Part shown: positions 10,474-20,800 of the stretch, piece by piece
Numbering within the stretch: position 1 is the first letter of the stretch
Layout of the letters: each line of letters begins with the position of its first letter
Origin: an uncultured Gammaproteobacteria bacterium
Lineage (GTDB): Bacteria > Pseudomonadota > Gammaproteobacteria > UBA9214
DNA length: 64,000 bases
NCBI GenBank assembly: GCA_963748215.1
Contig: CAVVHS010000007.1
Coordinates: 433,693 to 497,692 of the forward strand
Reading direction: 5' to 3'
The notes under the pieces: generated by a model
Seen by the model: only the letters and a program-made list of their open reading frames with translations
Database searches by the model: none
What the model was told of the DNA's origin: nothing
Program-made: the position numbers and the translations under genes

Positions 10474-13400
10474 ATCTGCCGCTGTGTCTCAGGTCCAGGG
10501 TATAAGGATACTCCGGATTGATCTCCTCCACAGGGGGTGCCATGGGTCCCGGGGCATGGCCTTCGGGGAAAAACTTCGCCAGGGGTGCAAGCTCCGGCGG
10601 CGGGCGCAGCGGGCCCGTGCTGTGGCCATGGCCCCAGAAACGGCTGATGCGGCGCGATTCGGCCTCGTAGGCATTGACCGGGAAAACGTCGTAGTGCCGC
10701 CCGCCGGGATGTGCCACGTGGTAGGTGCAGCCACCGATGGAACGGCCGTTCCAGGTGTCGATGATATCGAAGACCAGCGGCGAATGAACGCCGATGGTGG
10801 GGTGCAGCGCCGAGGGTGGCTGCCAGGCGCGGAAGCGTACGCCCGCCACGTACTCGCCATGGGTGCCGGTGCTTCGCAGCGGGATCCGGCGGCCGTTGCA
10901 GGCAACCACGTAGCGGCTTTCCGTCAGCCCGCTGACCTTGACCTGCAGCCGCTCCACCGAGGAGTCGACGAAGCGTGCCGTGCCCAGGTTGCTCATTTCC
11001 TCGCCCAGCACGTGCCAGGGCTCGAGCGCGGCATGGAGGTCGAGGCGGATGTCCTGCACGCTGAGCGATCCGCAATGCGGGAAACGGAATTCCAGGAACG
11101 GCGCCAGCCATTCCAGCTGGAACGGGTAGCCGGCGCGCTGCAATTCGCACGCCACGTCCTTGATGTCGGCCCATACGTAATGGGGCAGCATGAAGCGGTC
11201 ATGCAGCTGCGGTGCCCCAGCGCACCAGCCGGTGCCGGTAGGGCTGGTCCCAGAAGCGTGCGACCAGGGTGCGCAACAGCAGCATCTGCACCAGGCTCAT
11301 CTGTGCATGCGGCGGCATTTCGAAGGCACGGAATTCCACCAGCCCCAGGCGTCCGGTCGACGAATTGGGCGAGTACAGCTTGTCGATACAGAACTCGGCG
11401 CGATGGGTGTTGCCGGTGATATCCACCAGCAGGTTGCGCAGCAGCCGGTCCACCAGCCAGGGTTCGGCCACTTCACCGTCGGGCATTTGCTGGAAGGCGA
11501 TTTCCAGCTCGTACAGGTTCTCGTCCCGGGCCTCGTCCACCCGCGGTGCCTGGCTGGTCGGGCCGATGAACATGCCGGAGAACAGGTGGACAGGCCGGGG
11601 TGATGCTGCCAGTAGGTCAGCAGGCTGCGCAGCAGGTCGGGACGCCGCAGGAACGGACTGTCGGCCGGGGTGGCGCCGCCGAGGGTGACATGGTTGCCGC
11701 CGCCGGTGCCGGTATGGCGGCCGTCCAGCATGAACTTCTCCGTCCCCAGCCGGGACAGGCGCGCCTCGGCGTAGAGGGTCTCGGTATTCTCCACCAGTTC
11801 CTGCCAGTCGTGCGCCGGGTGAATGTTGACCTCGATCACGCCCGGATCGGGGGTCACGGCCAGCTTGCGGATACGCCAGTCCCGCGGTGGCTCGTAGCCT
11901 TCGATGCGTATCGGCATCTCCAGTTCGGCCGCCGTCAGTTCCACCGCGGCGAGCAGGTCCAGGTAATGTTCGAGGTGGGTAAGCGGCGGCAGGAACAGGC
12001 GCAGCATGCCTTCGCGGGCCTCGACACACAGGGCGGTATGAATCACCTCGATCCGCCGCCGCGCCTGCGCGCCGTTGTCCGCCGGTTCCTGCTGCATGAT
12101 TTCCGGGTGGGATTCCGGTGCCGCCTCGATGCGGCTGAAGCGGCGGGTTACCTCGCCGTAGTAATCACCCAGTGCCGGTCGCGGTTCGAACAGGTCGCGA
12201 TCCGGTTCGATGTCGCGTTCCTCCTCGGCTATCCAGGGCAGGGCGTCGAGTGGCAGGCGCAGTCCCATGGGGGAATCGCCGGGCGCGAGGCACATATGCC
12301 CGCGGCGAAAGTGCCAGCTGCAGCTTTGCCAGCCGCTGCGGGAATCATCCCAGCGCAGCGGCAGGGCGAAGCCGGCGGGTTTGCCGAGGTCGCCGGCGAG
12401 CAGTTCCACCAGCCGGCGCCGTTCGTCCGGCTTCTTCAGGTCGGTGCCGAGCAGGTCCACGTTGACCGGCTGGTCGCCTTCCTTCCACAGGTAGTAGAGG
12501 GTGTCTTCGTAGGCGGGGAGCAGGTAATGCCCGGGTACGCCGAGCTTGCGGGTCAGTGCCGCAGCGAACTGCTCCGCCTCGTCCGGCCCGCAGCCGTAAT
12601 CGACGCCGTCCCGCGCCAGCAGTTTCGGGTCGCGCCACACCGGCTTGCCATCGACACGCCAGAAACAGTTCAGCGACCAGCGCGGCACGGGTTCGCCCGG
12701 GTACCACTTGCCCTGTCCGTAGTGCAGCAGGCCGCCGGGTGCGAAGCGCCCTTGCAGTCGCTGCAACAGATCACCGGCCAGCTCGCGCTTCTGTTTCCCG
12801 AGCGCGGCATCATTCCACTGCGCAGATTCCATGTCATCGATGGAGACGAAAGTCGGTTCGCCACCGAGGGTGAGCCGCACATCACCCGCCGCCAGGTCGG
12901 CATCCACCTTGCGTCCCAGGGCCTGGATGGTCTCCCACTGTGACGCGGTGTACGGCTTGGTGACCCGCGGATCCTCGTGGATGCGCTGCACCTCGTTATG
13001 GAAGCGGAATTCCACCTTGCATTTGCCGGTCGTGCCGGTTATGGGCGCGGCACTGACGGGGTGGGGCGTGCAGGCGAGCGGGATATGGCCTTCGCCCGCG
13101 AACAGGCCCGAGGTCGGATCCAGTCCCAGCCAGCCGGCGCCCGGTATAAACACCTCGGCCCAGGCATGCAGGTCGGTGAAGTCATGGTCGGTGCCGGCAG
13201 GACCCTCCAGCGGTTTTTCATCCGGTGTCAGCTGCAGCAGGTAGCCGGAAACAAAGCGCGCCGCAAGGCCGAGATGGCGCAGGATCTGCACCATCAACCA
13301 GGCGCTGTCGCGACAGGAACCCAGTGCCTTGTCGAGGGTTGTCTCACAGCTCTGGATGCCCGGTTCCATGCGGATGGTGTAGTCGATGTCACGCTGCAGC

Positions 13401-13852
13401 CGCTGGTTGATAGCCACCAGGAAATTATTGATCTCCTGCTTCGAACGATCGGCACCGGACAGCCACTTCAGCAACCGCGGGCCGTCCTCGGTGATCTCCA
13501 GATAAGGCGCCAGTTCCTTGCGCAAGCCGGGCGTGTATTCGAAGGGGTAGTGCTCCGCATATTTTTCGACGAAAAAATCGAACGGGTTGATGACCACGAT
13601 ATCGGCCACCAGGTCCACCTCGAAGGACAATGTCCGCACCGGTTCCGGGAACACCAGGCGGGCGAGGTAGTTGCCGAAGGGATCCTGCTGCCAGTTGATG
13701 AAATGTTTTTCGGGCAGCACCTTGAGCGAATAGGACTCGATCGGGCTGCGTGTATGCGGGGCCGGGCGCAGCCGTACGATATGCGGGGAGACCTCGACCG
13801 GCCGGTCAAAGCGGTACTCCGTCAAGTGATTGATAGCAACTCGAATAGCCAT
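10466..13852 (-). pseudogene. Large transglutaminase + DUF2126 protein (about 1128 aa if repaired), broken by two compensating frameshifts
   Basis: [36 protein letters not shown]. Family sequence moves frame at ~11588 (HHPGLS/[Y][15 protein letters not shown], one base missing) and again at ~11208 ([14 protein letters not shown], one base extra). May be a sequencing artefact. Confidence 0.85.
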
Positions 13853-13916
13853 TTCAAGGAAACCTGGTCAGTAGTAAACAGGGGTCACCATAGCACGGAT
13901 CGCGTCAACGGCAGCT

Positions 13917-14765
13917 TCAGCTGTCCGTCCGGATGCTGAGATCAAAGTGCATTTCGGAATTCTCAACAGCGCCGTAACAGGACCCCTCTATCGGCAGGGT
14001 CCCGGCCGGGCTGCAGGCCGCGGCCAGCGCCACGTGCGCATCCGCCACGGCGGTACCGTGGCCGGGGTCGTAACCGCGCCAGCCACCACCGGGGATGTAG
14101 ACCTCCGGCCAGGCGTGCAGGTAACGGCGTTTCCCGCGGGTTTCCGAACGGGCCTGGTAGCCGCTGACGAAACGCGCCGCGATGCCCTGTTCCCGGCAGA
14201 GTGCGATAAACAGCAGCGTCAGGTCGCGGCATGCGCCCCGGCGCTGTGCCAGTGTTAGTTCGGGGCTTTGCGGTGCACCCTGGTCCCGAATCGTCTTTTC
14301 GCATGTGGTGTGCAGGAAGCGGCTCAGGGTGTCGAGAAAAGCCAGCGTGTTGTTGCCCGCCTGTCTGGCCAGGTCGGCGGCCAGCTCGATGACCGCGGGT
14401 GCGGCTGTGCCGCAGGCACGACAGGCTGCCAGCGCCGGGACCTCGTGCTGGCTGTACCGAACGGGCAGAGCGGTTGCCGGAGTATTCACGATGTAGTCGA
14501 AGGGATTGTCCCGCAGCGTGACGACGCGAGCGGTGCTGTCAATACGCAGTTCGTTCGTCGTGCCGGTAAACCACAGGCGCGTGACCAGGTTGCCTTCGGC
14601 ATCGATGACGTTCGATTGCAGCACAGGTTTCGGGGTGATCGTACAGTCATGGTCGAGCACCCGCTGGCTGCCGTCGGTACGCGGCAGCAGGCGTACGATA
14701 TGCGGGCCGAGCTGGACCGGACTGTGGTAACGGTACGTGGTGATATGCCGGATTTCAAATTGCAC
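13917..14765 (-). CDS. Transglutaminase family protein
   Basis: FEIRHITTYRY, GACRDLT, ARFVSGY, LHAWPEVYIPGGGWRGYDP. GTG start. Confidence 0.92.
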   Translation of the reverse strand: MQFEIRHITTYRYHSPVQLGPHIVRLLPRTDGSQRVLDHDCTITPKPVLQSNVIDAEGNLVTRLWFTGTTNELRIDSTARVVTLRDNPFDYIVNTPATALPVRYSQHEVPALAACRACGTAAPAVIELAADLARQAGNNTLAFLDTLSRFLHTTCEKTIRDQGAPQSPELTLAQRRGACRDLTLLFIALCREQGIAARFVSGYQARSETRGKRRYLHAWPEVYIPGGGWRGYDPGHGTAVADAHVALAAACSPAGTLPIEGSCYGAVENSEMHFDLSIRTDS

Positions 14766-14803
14766 GAGCGAAGGTCTTCATCTGCAGTCCCTGGTATCGG
14801 TAA

Positions 14804-14819
14804 GGCAAGAAGTACGCCA
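14804..14819 (-). promoter_or_regulatory. sigma54 promoter for the leftward transglutaminase/ATP-grasp/peptidase operon
   Basis: Minus strand TGGCGTACTTCTTGCC, GG-N10-GC, about 40 bp upstream of the 14765 start. Confidence 0.7.
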
Positions 14820-14987
14820 TTTCTGCTGTTCCTGTCCTTCCCGCGCCGCCGGACGGGATATCGGGAGATTGCAGGCCGGCTGTGGCTGTGTTTCATGCCC
14901 TGCTGCCGGTTGGTGCCGCTGACCGGGAACCTGCCAGGCAGGTTCAGGTGCAAGTCTGGTGCGTAAAACGGGGTTTTTTATGACCCG

Positions 14988-15004
14988 TGCGTTATGTTGG
15001 TGCA
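14988..15004. promoter_or_regulatory. Candidate NtrC-type enhancer site
   Basis: TGCGTTATGTTGGTGCA versus consensus TGCACC-N5-GGTGCA. Lies midway between two divergent sigma54 promoters, with a second half-site TGGTGCG at 14957-14963. Confidence 0.55.
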
Positions 15005-15201
15005 TGTCAGGCGCCGCAGGCATCCCTGCTGCAGGCGGCGGCCACCGTACGCCGCTTGACCCGAGGTCAGTGCCGGCAGCGGTGCGCGTCCGCCAAGATG
15101 CTGTATTTCAATGATGGCCGGTTCCGCCTGGCATGATTCCGTGCGCCATGGCGAAACGAATGGTGCGACAGCGGCTGCACCGGCCGGCCGGCTCGCCCGG
15201 G

Positions 15202-15217
15202 TGGCACGTTGTTTGCT
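15202..15217 (+). promoter_or_regulatory. sigma54 promoter for the ATP-grasp / alpha-E / gltB operon
   Basis: TGGCACGTTGTTTGCT, a near-consensus TGGCAC-N5-TTGC. Confidence 0.85.
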
Positions 15218-15338
15218 TTTATGTGAGGTATACGGTGGCAGCGATACCGACGACCTGATCATCCGGTAGCCATGACCAGCGGTTCGCTATACACCATTCC
15301 GTGACACGGCAGGCGCGATCAGGCGGGACATCGGTGAT

Positions 15339-16790
15339 ATGACAATTCGGTGGCAAGACTATTCAAGCGGCGACTCCTACGACGAACTGATTACGCCGGC
15401 CGGGCATGCGCGCAAGGCGGCCCGGCAAGCGATACGGTATATCAGTGCGCTGAGCGATGCGGAATGGACCGAGCGCCGGGATGCCGCGGAACTGGCCATG
15501 CGCGTCATGGGTATTACCTTCACCGTCTATACCAACGAAAGCGGTATCGACCGGGTCTGGCCGTTCGATATCATTCCACGCATCATTCCCGCCCGCGAGT
15601 GGCGTACCACCGAGGCCGGCCTGATCCAGCGTGCGACCGCATTGAACAAATTCATCGCCGATATTTACGGCGAACAGCGCATCATCAGGGACAGGATCTT
15701 TCCGGGTGAACTGCTCGCGGAGTCGGTCAATTTTCGCAAGCAGTGCGTCGGTATCAGGCCGCCACTCGATGTCTGGGCACATATCTGTGGCAGTGACCTG
15801 GTACGCGACAGCGACGGAAAATTCTACGTCCTGGAAGACAACCTGCGTGTCCCGTCGGGTGTTTCCTATATGCTGGAGAATCGCCTGGTCATGAAGCGTG
15901 TCTTTCCCGAGTTGTTCGAGGAGGTCAGCATCCTGCCGGTAGACGGCTATCCTACCCGCCTGTTCGATACCCTGGCCTCGCTGTCGCCGCGCCCGGCCGA
16001 CTACCCGACGGTCGTTGTCCTGTCACCGGGCATCTATAACTCCGCCTATTTCGAGCATTCCTACCTGGCACAGCAAATGGGTGTGGAACTGGTGGTCGGC
16101 AGGGACCTGGTGGTGATGGATGACGACTGTGTCTACCTGCGCACCGTCGGCGGGCTGGAGCGGGTCGATGTCATTTACCGCCGGGTCGACGACATGTTCC
16201 TCGATCCCGAAGTCTTCCGTCCGGACTCCATGCTCGGCGTGCCCGGCCTGATGCGGGCCTGGCGTGCGGGCAATGTGGGCATTGCCAATGCCCCCGGTGC
16301 CGGCGTTGCCGATGACAAGGTTGTCTATGCCTTTGTGCCGGACATGATCCGCTACTACCTGGACGAAGAGCCGATCCTGCCCAATGTCGAGACCTACCTG
16401 TGCATGGACGACAGGCAGCGCGACTACGTGCTTGCCAACCTCGACAAGCTGGTGGTCAAGCCCGCCAACGAATCGGGCGGCTACGGCATGCTGGTCGGAC
16501 CGTTTTCCAGCAAGGCGGAACGGCAGAAGTTCGCGGAACTCATCAAGGCGAAACCCCGTAATTATATCGCCCAGCCGACACTGGCGCTGTCAACAACACC
16601 GACGCTGTGTGACGGTCACATCGAGTCGCGTCATATCGACCTGCGGCCGTTTATCCTGTCCGGGCAGACCAGCCATGTCACGCGAGGCGGCCTGACGCGG
16701 GTTGCACTCAAGAAGGGCTCGCTGGTGGTGAATTCATCACAGGGTGGTGGCAGCAAGGATACCTGGGTTGTGGACATGGAGAGAACCTGA
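15339..16790 (+). CDS. Circularly permuted type 2 ATP-grasp protein
   Basis: VLEDNLRVPSGVSYMLENR, NSAYFEHSYLA, VDVIYRRVDD, NAPGAGVADDK, DLRPF, GGLTRVAL, VVNSSQGGGSKDTWV. Confidence 0.95.
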   Translation: MTIRWQDYSSGDSYDELITPAGHARKAARQAIRYISALSDAEWTERRDAAELAMRVMGITFTVYTNESGIDRVWPFDIIPRIIPAREWRTTEAGLIQRATALNKFIADIYGEQRIIRDRIFPGELLAESVNFRKQCVGIRPPLDVWAHICGSDLVRDSDGKFYVLEDNLRVPSGVSYMLENRLVMKRVFPELFEEVSILPVDGYPTRLFDTLASLSPRPADYPTVVVLSPGIYNSAYFEHSYLAQQMGVELVVGRDLVVMDDDCVYLRTVGGLERVDVIYRRVDDMFLDPEVFRPDSMLGVPGLMRAWRAGNVGIANAPGAGVADDKVVYAFVPDMIRYYLDEEPILPNVETYLCMDDRQRDYVLANLDKLVVKPANESGGYGMLVGPFSSKAERQKFAELIKAKPRNYIAQPTLALSTTPTLCDGHIESRHIDLRPFILSGQTSHVTRGGLTRVALKKGSLVVNSSQGGGSKDTWVVDMERT

Positions 16791-16792
16791 TC

Positions 16793-17773
16793 ATGTTGCT
16801 TTCAAGTGTTGCCGAGCATATCTACTGGATGTCCCGTTATATCGAACGGGCCGAGAACACCGCGCGCATCATCCTCGTGCACAACAACCTGATGCTCGAT
16901 ATGCCGCACAGGATTGCCATCGGCTGGGACCCGCTGGTCTATATCATGGGCTCCATGGAACCGTTCCGTGAGCGCTACGAGGAAGCCAGTGAGCGCAACG
17001 TGGTGCGTTTCCTGGTCTCCGACAGGAACAATTCCAGCTGCATCACCCGCTCGCTGGGCCAGGCGCGCGAGAACCTGCGGACCATTCGGGCCATTGTGCC
17101 GCGTGCGGCCTGGGAGACCCTGAACGACCTGAATGAATACACCCGGGAAAATGCCGCCAGCGGCATCAACCGCCGCGGCCGTTACGCCTATATGAAACGG
17201 GTCGTTGATTCCTGCCAGCTGCTGGCCGGCAAGCTGTCCGGCACCATGAGCCATGACATGGCCTACGAGTTCCTGCGCGTCGGCCGTTTCATGGAACGCG
17301 CCGACATGACCAGTCGCGTTATCGATGTGCGGGCCACCAACCTGCTGCCGCAACAGACCGATGAACTCAAACCCTTTGACGATATCCAGTGGAAAAGCGT
17401 GCTGGACCTGCTGATGGCTTACCAGATGTACCGGCGTCGGGTGCATGTGGGCGTGCGGGGCAGGGAGGCATTGCGTTTCCTGCTGCAGGAGGAGGAGTTT
17501 CCGCGTTCGATACATTTCTGCCTGGCCGAGGTCGGCCACTGTCTGCGCCGTCTGCCCGGCAACGAGTCGGTGCTCCGCGTGCTCGGCCGCGCGCAGCGCA
17601 TGGCGCAGGATTTCAGGGTCGGTGACAACGTTACCGCCGGTTTGAATGATTTCATCAACGAACTACAATTGGTACATACCGAGTTGCATGAACAGCTCGT
17701 CGCAAGCTACTTCGATGTGCCGCAGGAAGCCGCATCACTGCATGCGTCCACCAATCTCGCTGCAACCGGTTGA
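16793..17773 (+). CDS. Alpha-E domain protein (DUF403)
   Basis: IYWMSRYIERAENTAR, ARENLR, GRFMERADMTSR, FPRSI. Confidence 0.92.
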   Translation: MLLSSVAEHIYWMSRYIERAENTARIILVHNNLMLDMPHRIAIGWDPLVYIMGSMEPFRERYEEASERNVVRFLVSDRNNSSCITRSLGQARENLRTIRAIVPRAAWETLNDLNEYTRENAASGINRRGRYAYMKRVVDSCQLLAGKLSGTMSHDMAYEFLRVGRFMERADMTSRVIDVRATNLLPQQTDELKPFDDIQWKSVLDLLMAYQMYRRRVHVGVRGREALRFLLQEEEFPRSIHFCLAEVGHCLRRLPGNESVLRVLGRAQRMAQDFRVGDNVTAGLNDFINELQLVHTELHEQLVASYFDVPQEAASLHASTNLAATG

Positions 17774-17846
17774 TTGTCTCCAGATCTCTTTCAAGGCGCC
17801 GGCACCGGTGACCTTTCTGCAAGGGCTGCGGTACACATGAACTGAC

Positions 17847-20800
17847 ATGGCCATGATCACGCATGACGGCAGCGGTCTGTATCAACCGGGATTCGAGCAT
17901 GACGGTTGCGGCTTCGGCCTGATTGCGCAAATGGACGGCAAGCCGGGGCATGCGCTGGTGCACCGGGCGATCCGCGCGCTGTCACGCCTGACCCACCGCG
18001 GGGCGGTTGCGGCGGATGGCAAGAGCGGTGACGGCTGCGGACTGCTGATGAAGCTGCCGCATGATTTTCTGCATGCCTTGGCACTCGCCGATGGTATCAA
18101 CCTGTCATCCCGTTATGCCGTGGGGATGCTGTTTCTCAACCGGGACCCGGAACGTGCCGGGGCGGCGCGCTGGAGACTGGAGTTCGAACTCGAGGCGCAG
18201 GACCTGGTAGTGGCCGGCTGGCGTACCGTGCCCGTCGAGCCGGATGCCTGCGGAGCGCGTGCACTGGAGAGCCTGCCTCTGATCGAACAGGTGTTCGTCA
18301 ATGCACCGCCCGGGCTGCCCGGGGACGAGCTGGAACGACGCCTGTACATCGCCCGGCGTCGCGCCAGGAAGGCCATCAAGGACGAGGACAGGACGTTTTA
18401 CGTCGCCAGTCTCTCCAGCCAGGTGATCTGCTACAAGGGCCTGGTCATGCCGCATAACCTGCCGGTGTTCTACCCCGACCTGTGTGATGAACGCCTGGAG
18501 TCCTCGCTGTGCGTGTTTCACCAGCGGTTTTCCACCAACACCTGGCCGGAATGGCGGCTGGCACAACCGTTCCGCTACCTCGCGCACAATGGTGAAATCA
18601 ATACCATCCAGGGCAATCGCAACTGGGCCCGCGCACGCAGCCACAAGTTCGAATCGCCGCTGATCCCCGACATGGACGCGATTCGTCCCTGGGTGTCGAT
18701 GTCGGGCTCCGATTCCTGCAGCCTGGACAATATGCTGGAGGCGCTGCTGGCCGGCGGCATGGATATCTTTCTGGCCATGCGCCTGCTGATCCCGCGCGCC
18801 TGGCAGAACATCGAGACCATGGATCCCGACCTGCGGGCATTTTACGAATACCACTCCATGCACATGGAACCGTGGGACGGACCGGCGGGGATCGTGCTGA
18901 CCGATGGCCGCTATGCCGCCTGCGTGATGGATCGCAACGGCCTGCGCCCGGCGCGCTACGTGATCACCCGTGACCGCTGTATCACCCTGGCATCGGAGAT
19001 CGGGGTGACCGAACACGAACCGCAGGACGTCGTTGCCAGGGGGCGCCTGTCGCCCGGCGACATGATGGCGGTGGACACCCGGACCGGCCGCTTACTGACG
19101 CCGGACATGATCGAGGATGACCTGAAAGGCCGCTGGCCCTGCCGCAAGTGGCTGCAGCAGCATGCCGTGCGCCTCGAGTCACGCCGCGAAGAGGAAGCGC
19201 GCTACTGCCGGCAGTCGGCACCCGGACAACTCAGGATCCGGCAGAAGCAGTACCAGGTAACGCTGGAGGAACTCGACCAGGTGCTGCGTGTGCTGGCCGA
19301 GGGCGGGCAGGAGGCGATCGGCTCCATGGGAGACGATACCCCCATGCCGGTGCTGTCACGGCAGGTCCGCTCGCTGTTCGACTATTTCCGGCAGCAGTTC
19401 GCACAGGTCACCAATCCGCCCATCGATCCCCTGCGCGAGCAGATCGTCATGTCACTGGAAACCTGTTTCGGTGTTGAACGCAACCTGTTTGTCGAGGACC
19501 CGCAGCATGCCGCACGCCTGATGGTCAACAGCCCGGTCCTGTCGGGAAGCAAGTTCAACCAGCTGCTGGAACAGTCGGATCCGCGCTACCGGCATGCCCG
19601 CATCGACCTGAACTACGACCGCACGCTGGACCTGCGCAGCGCCATCGATGCACTGGCCGAACGGGCCGTCGAACAGGTGCGAAGCGGCAAGTGCATCCTG
19701 GTCCTGTCGGACCGGGACATCGCGCAGGACCGCCTGCCCGTGCACGCGCTGCTGGCCACCGGGGCGATACATCACCGGCTGATCGAAGCCGGCCTGCGCT
19801 GCGATGCCAACCTGGTGGTCGATACCGGCACCGCGCGCAATCCGCACGAATTCGCCGTGCTGATCGGCTTCGGCGCAACGGCCATCCATCCCTGGCTGGC
19901 CTACCAGTGTATCGCCGACCTGTTTCGCGGCGGCCAGGCGGACGCCGCTGGCGACACCGTGACCGGGGCACTCCATTCCTACCGGCGCGGTATCAACAAG
20001 GGCCTGTACAAGATCCTTTCCAAGATGGGGATCTCCACCATCACGAGCTACCGGGGCGCGCAACTCTTCGAGTCCATCGGCCTGCATCGCGATGTCGTCG
20101 ATCAGTGTTTCAGCGGTACGCCGTGCCGCCTGCAGGGCGCCGGTTTCGAGGAACTCGAGGCGGACCAGCGGCGCCTGGCGGACGCGGCCTGGGACGGACG
20201 CCGGGACATCGAGCCGGGCGGGCGGCTGAAATTCATCGCCGGCGGGGAGTTCCATGCCTTCAACCCGGATGTCGTCACGACCCTGCACCAGGCCGTGGCC
20301 AGCGGCGAGTACCGGGACTACCGGCGCTACGCGGCGCTGATCAACCAGCGGCCGCCGCTCGTGCTGCGGGACCTGCTGGGGGTGCGTGACGATCTCGAGC
20401 CGGTGCCGATCGAGGCGGTCGAACCGGTCGAGGACATTGTCAGGCGTTTCGAGACCGGCGCGATGTCACTGGGCGCCCTGTCGCCGGAGGCGCATGAGAC
20501 CCTGGCGATCGCCATGAATCGACTCGGCGGCCGCTCCAACTCGGGTGAGGGTGGCGAGGACGCGCAACGCTTCGGCACCGAGCGTGTTTCCAGGATCAAG
20601 CAGGTGGCATCCGGCCGCTTCGGCGTGACGCCGCATTACCTGGTCAATGCGGACGTGCTGCAGATCAAGATTGCGCAGGGTGCCAAGCCCGGTGAAGGCG
20701 GTCAACTGGCCGGCCAGAAGGTGAACGAACTGATTGCCCGCCTGCGGCATGCCGAGGTCGGTACGCCGCTGATATCCCCGCCGCCGCATCACGATATCTA

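Noticed and set aside
11190-11600. Programmed ribosomal frameshifting
   Set aside because: No slippery heptamer at either site, and two opposite shifts would be required.
15129-15146. Extra sigma54 promoter TGGCATGATTCCGTGC
   Set aside because: GG-to-GC spacing is 11, not the required 10.
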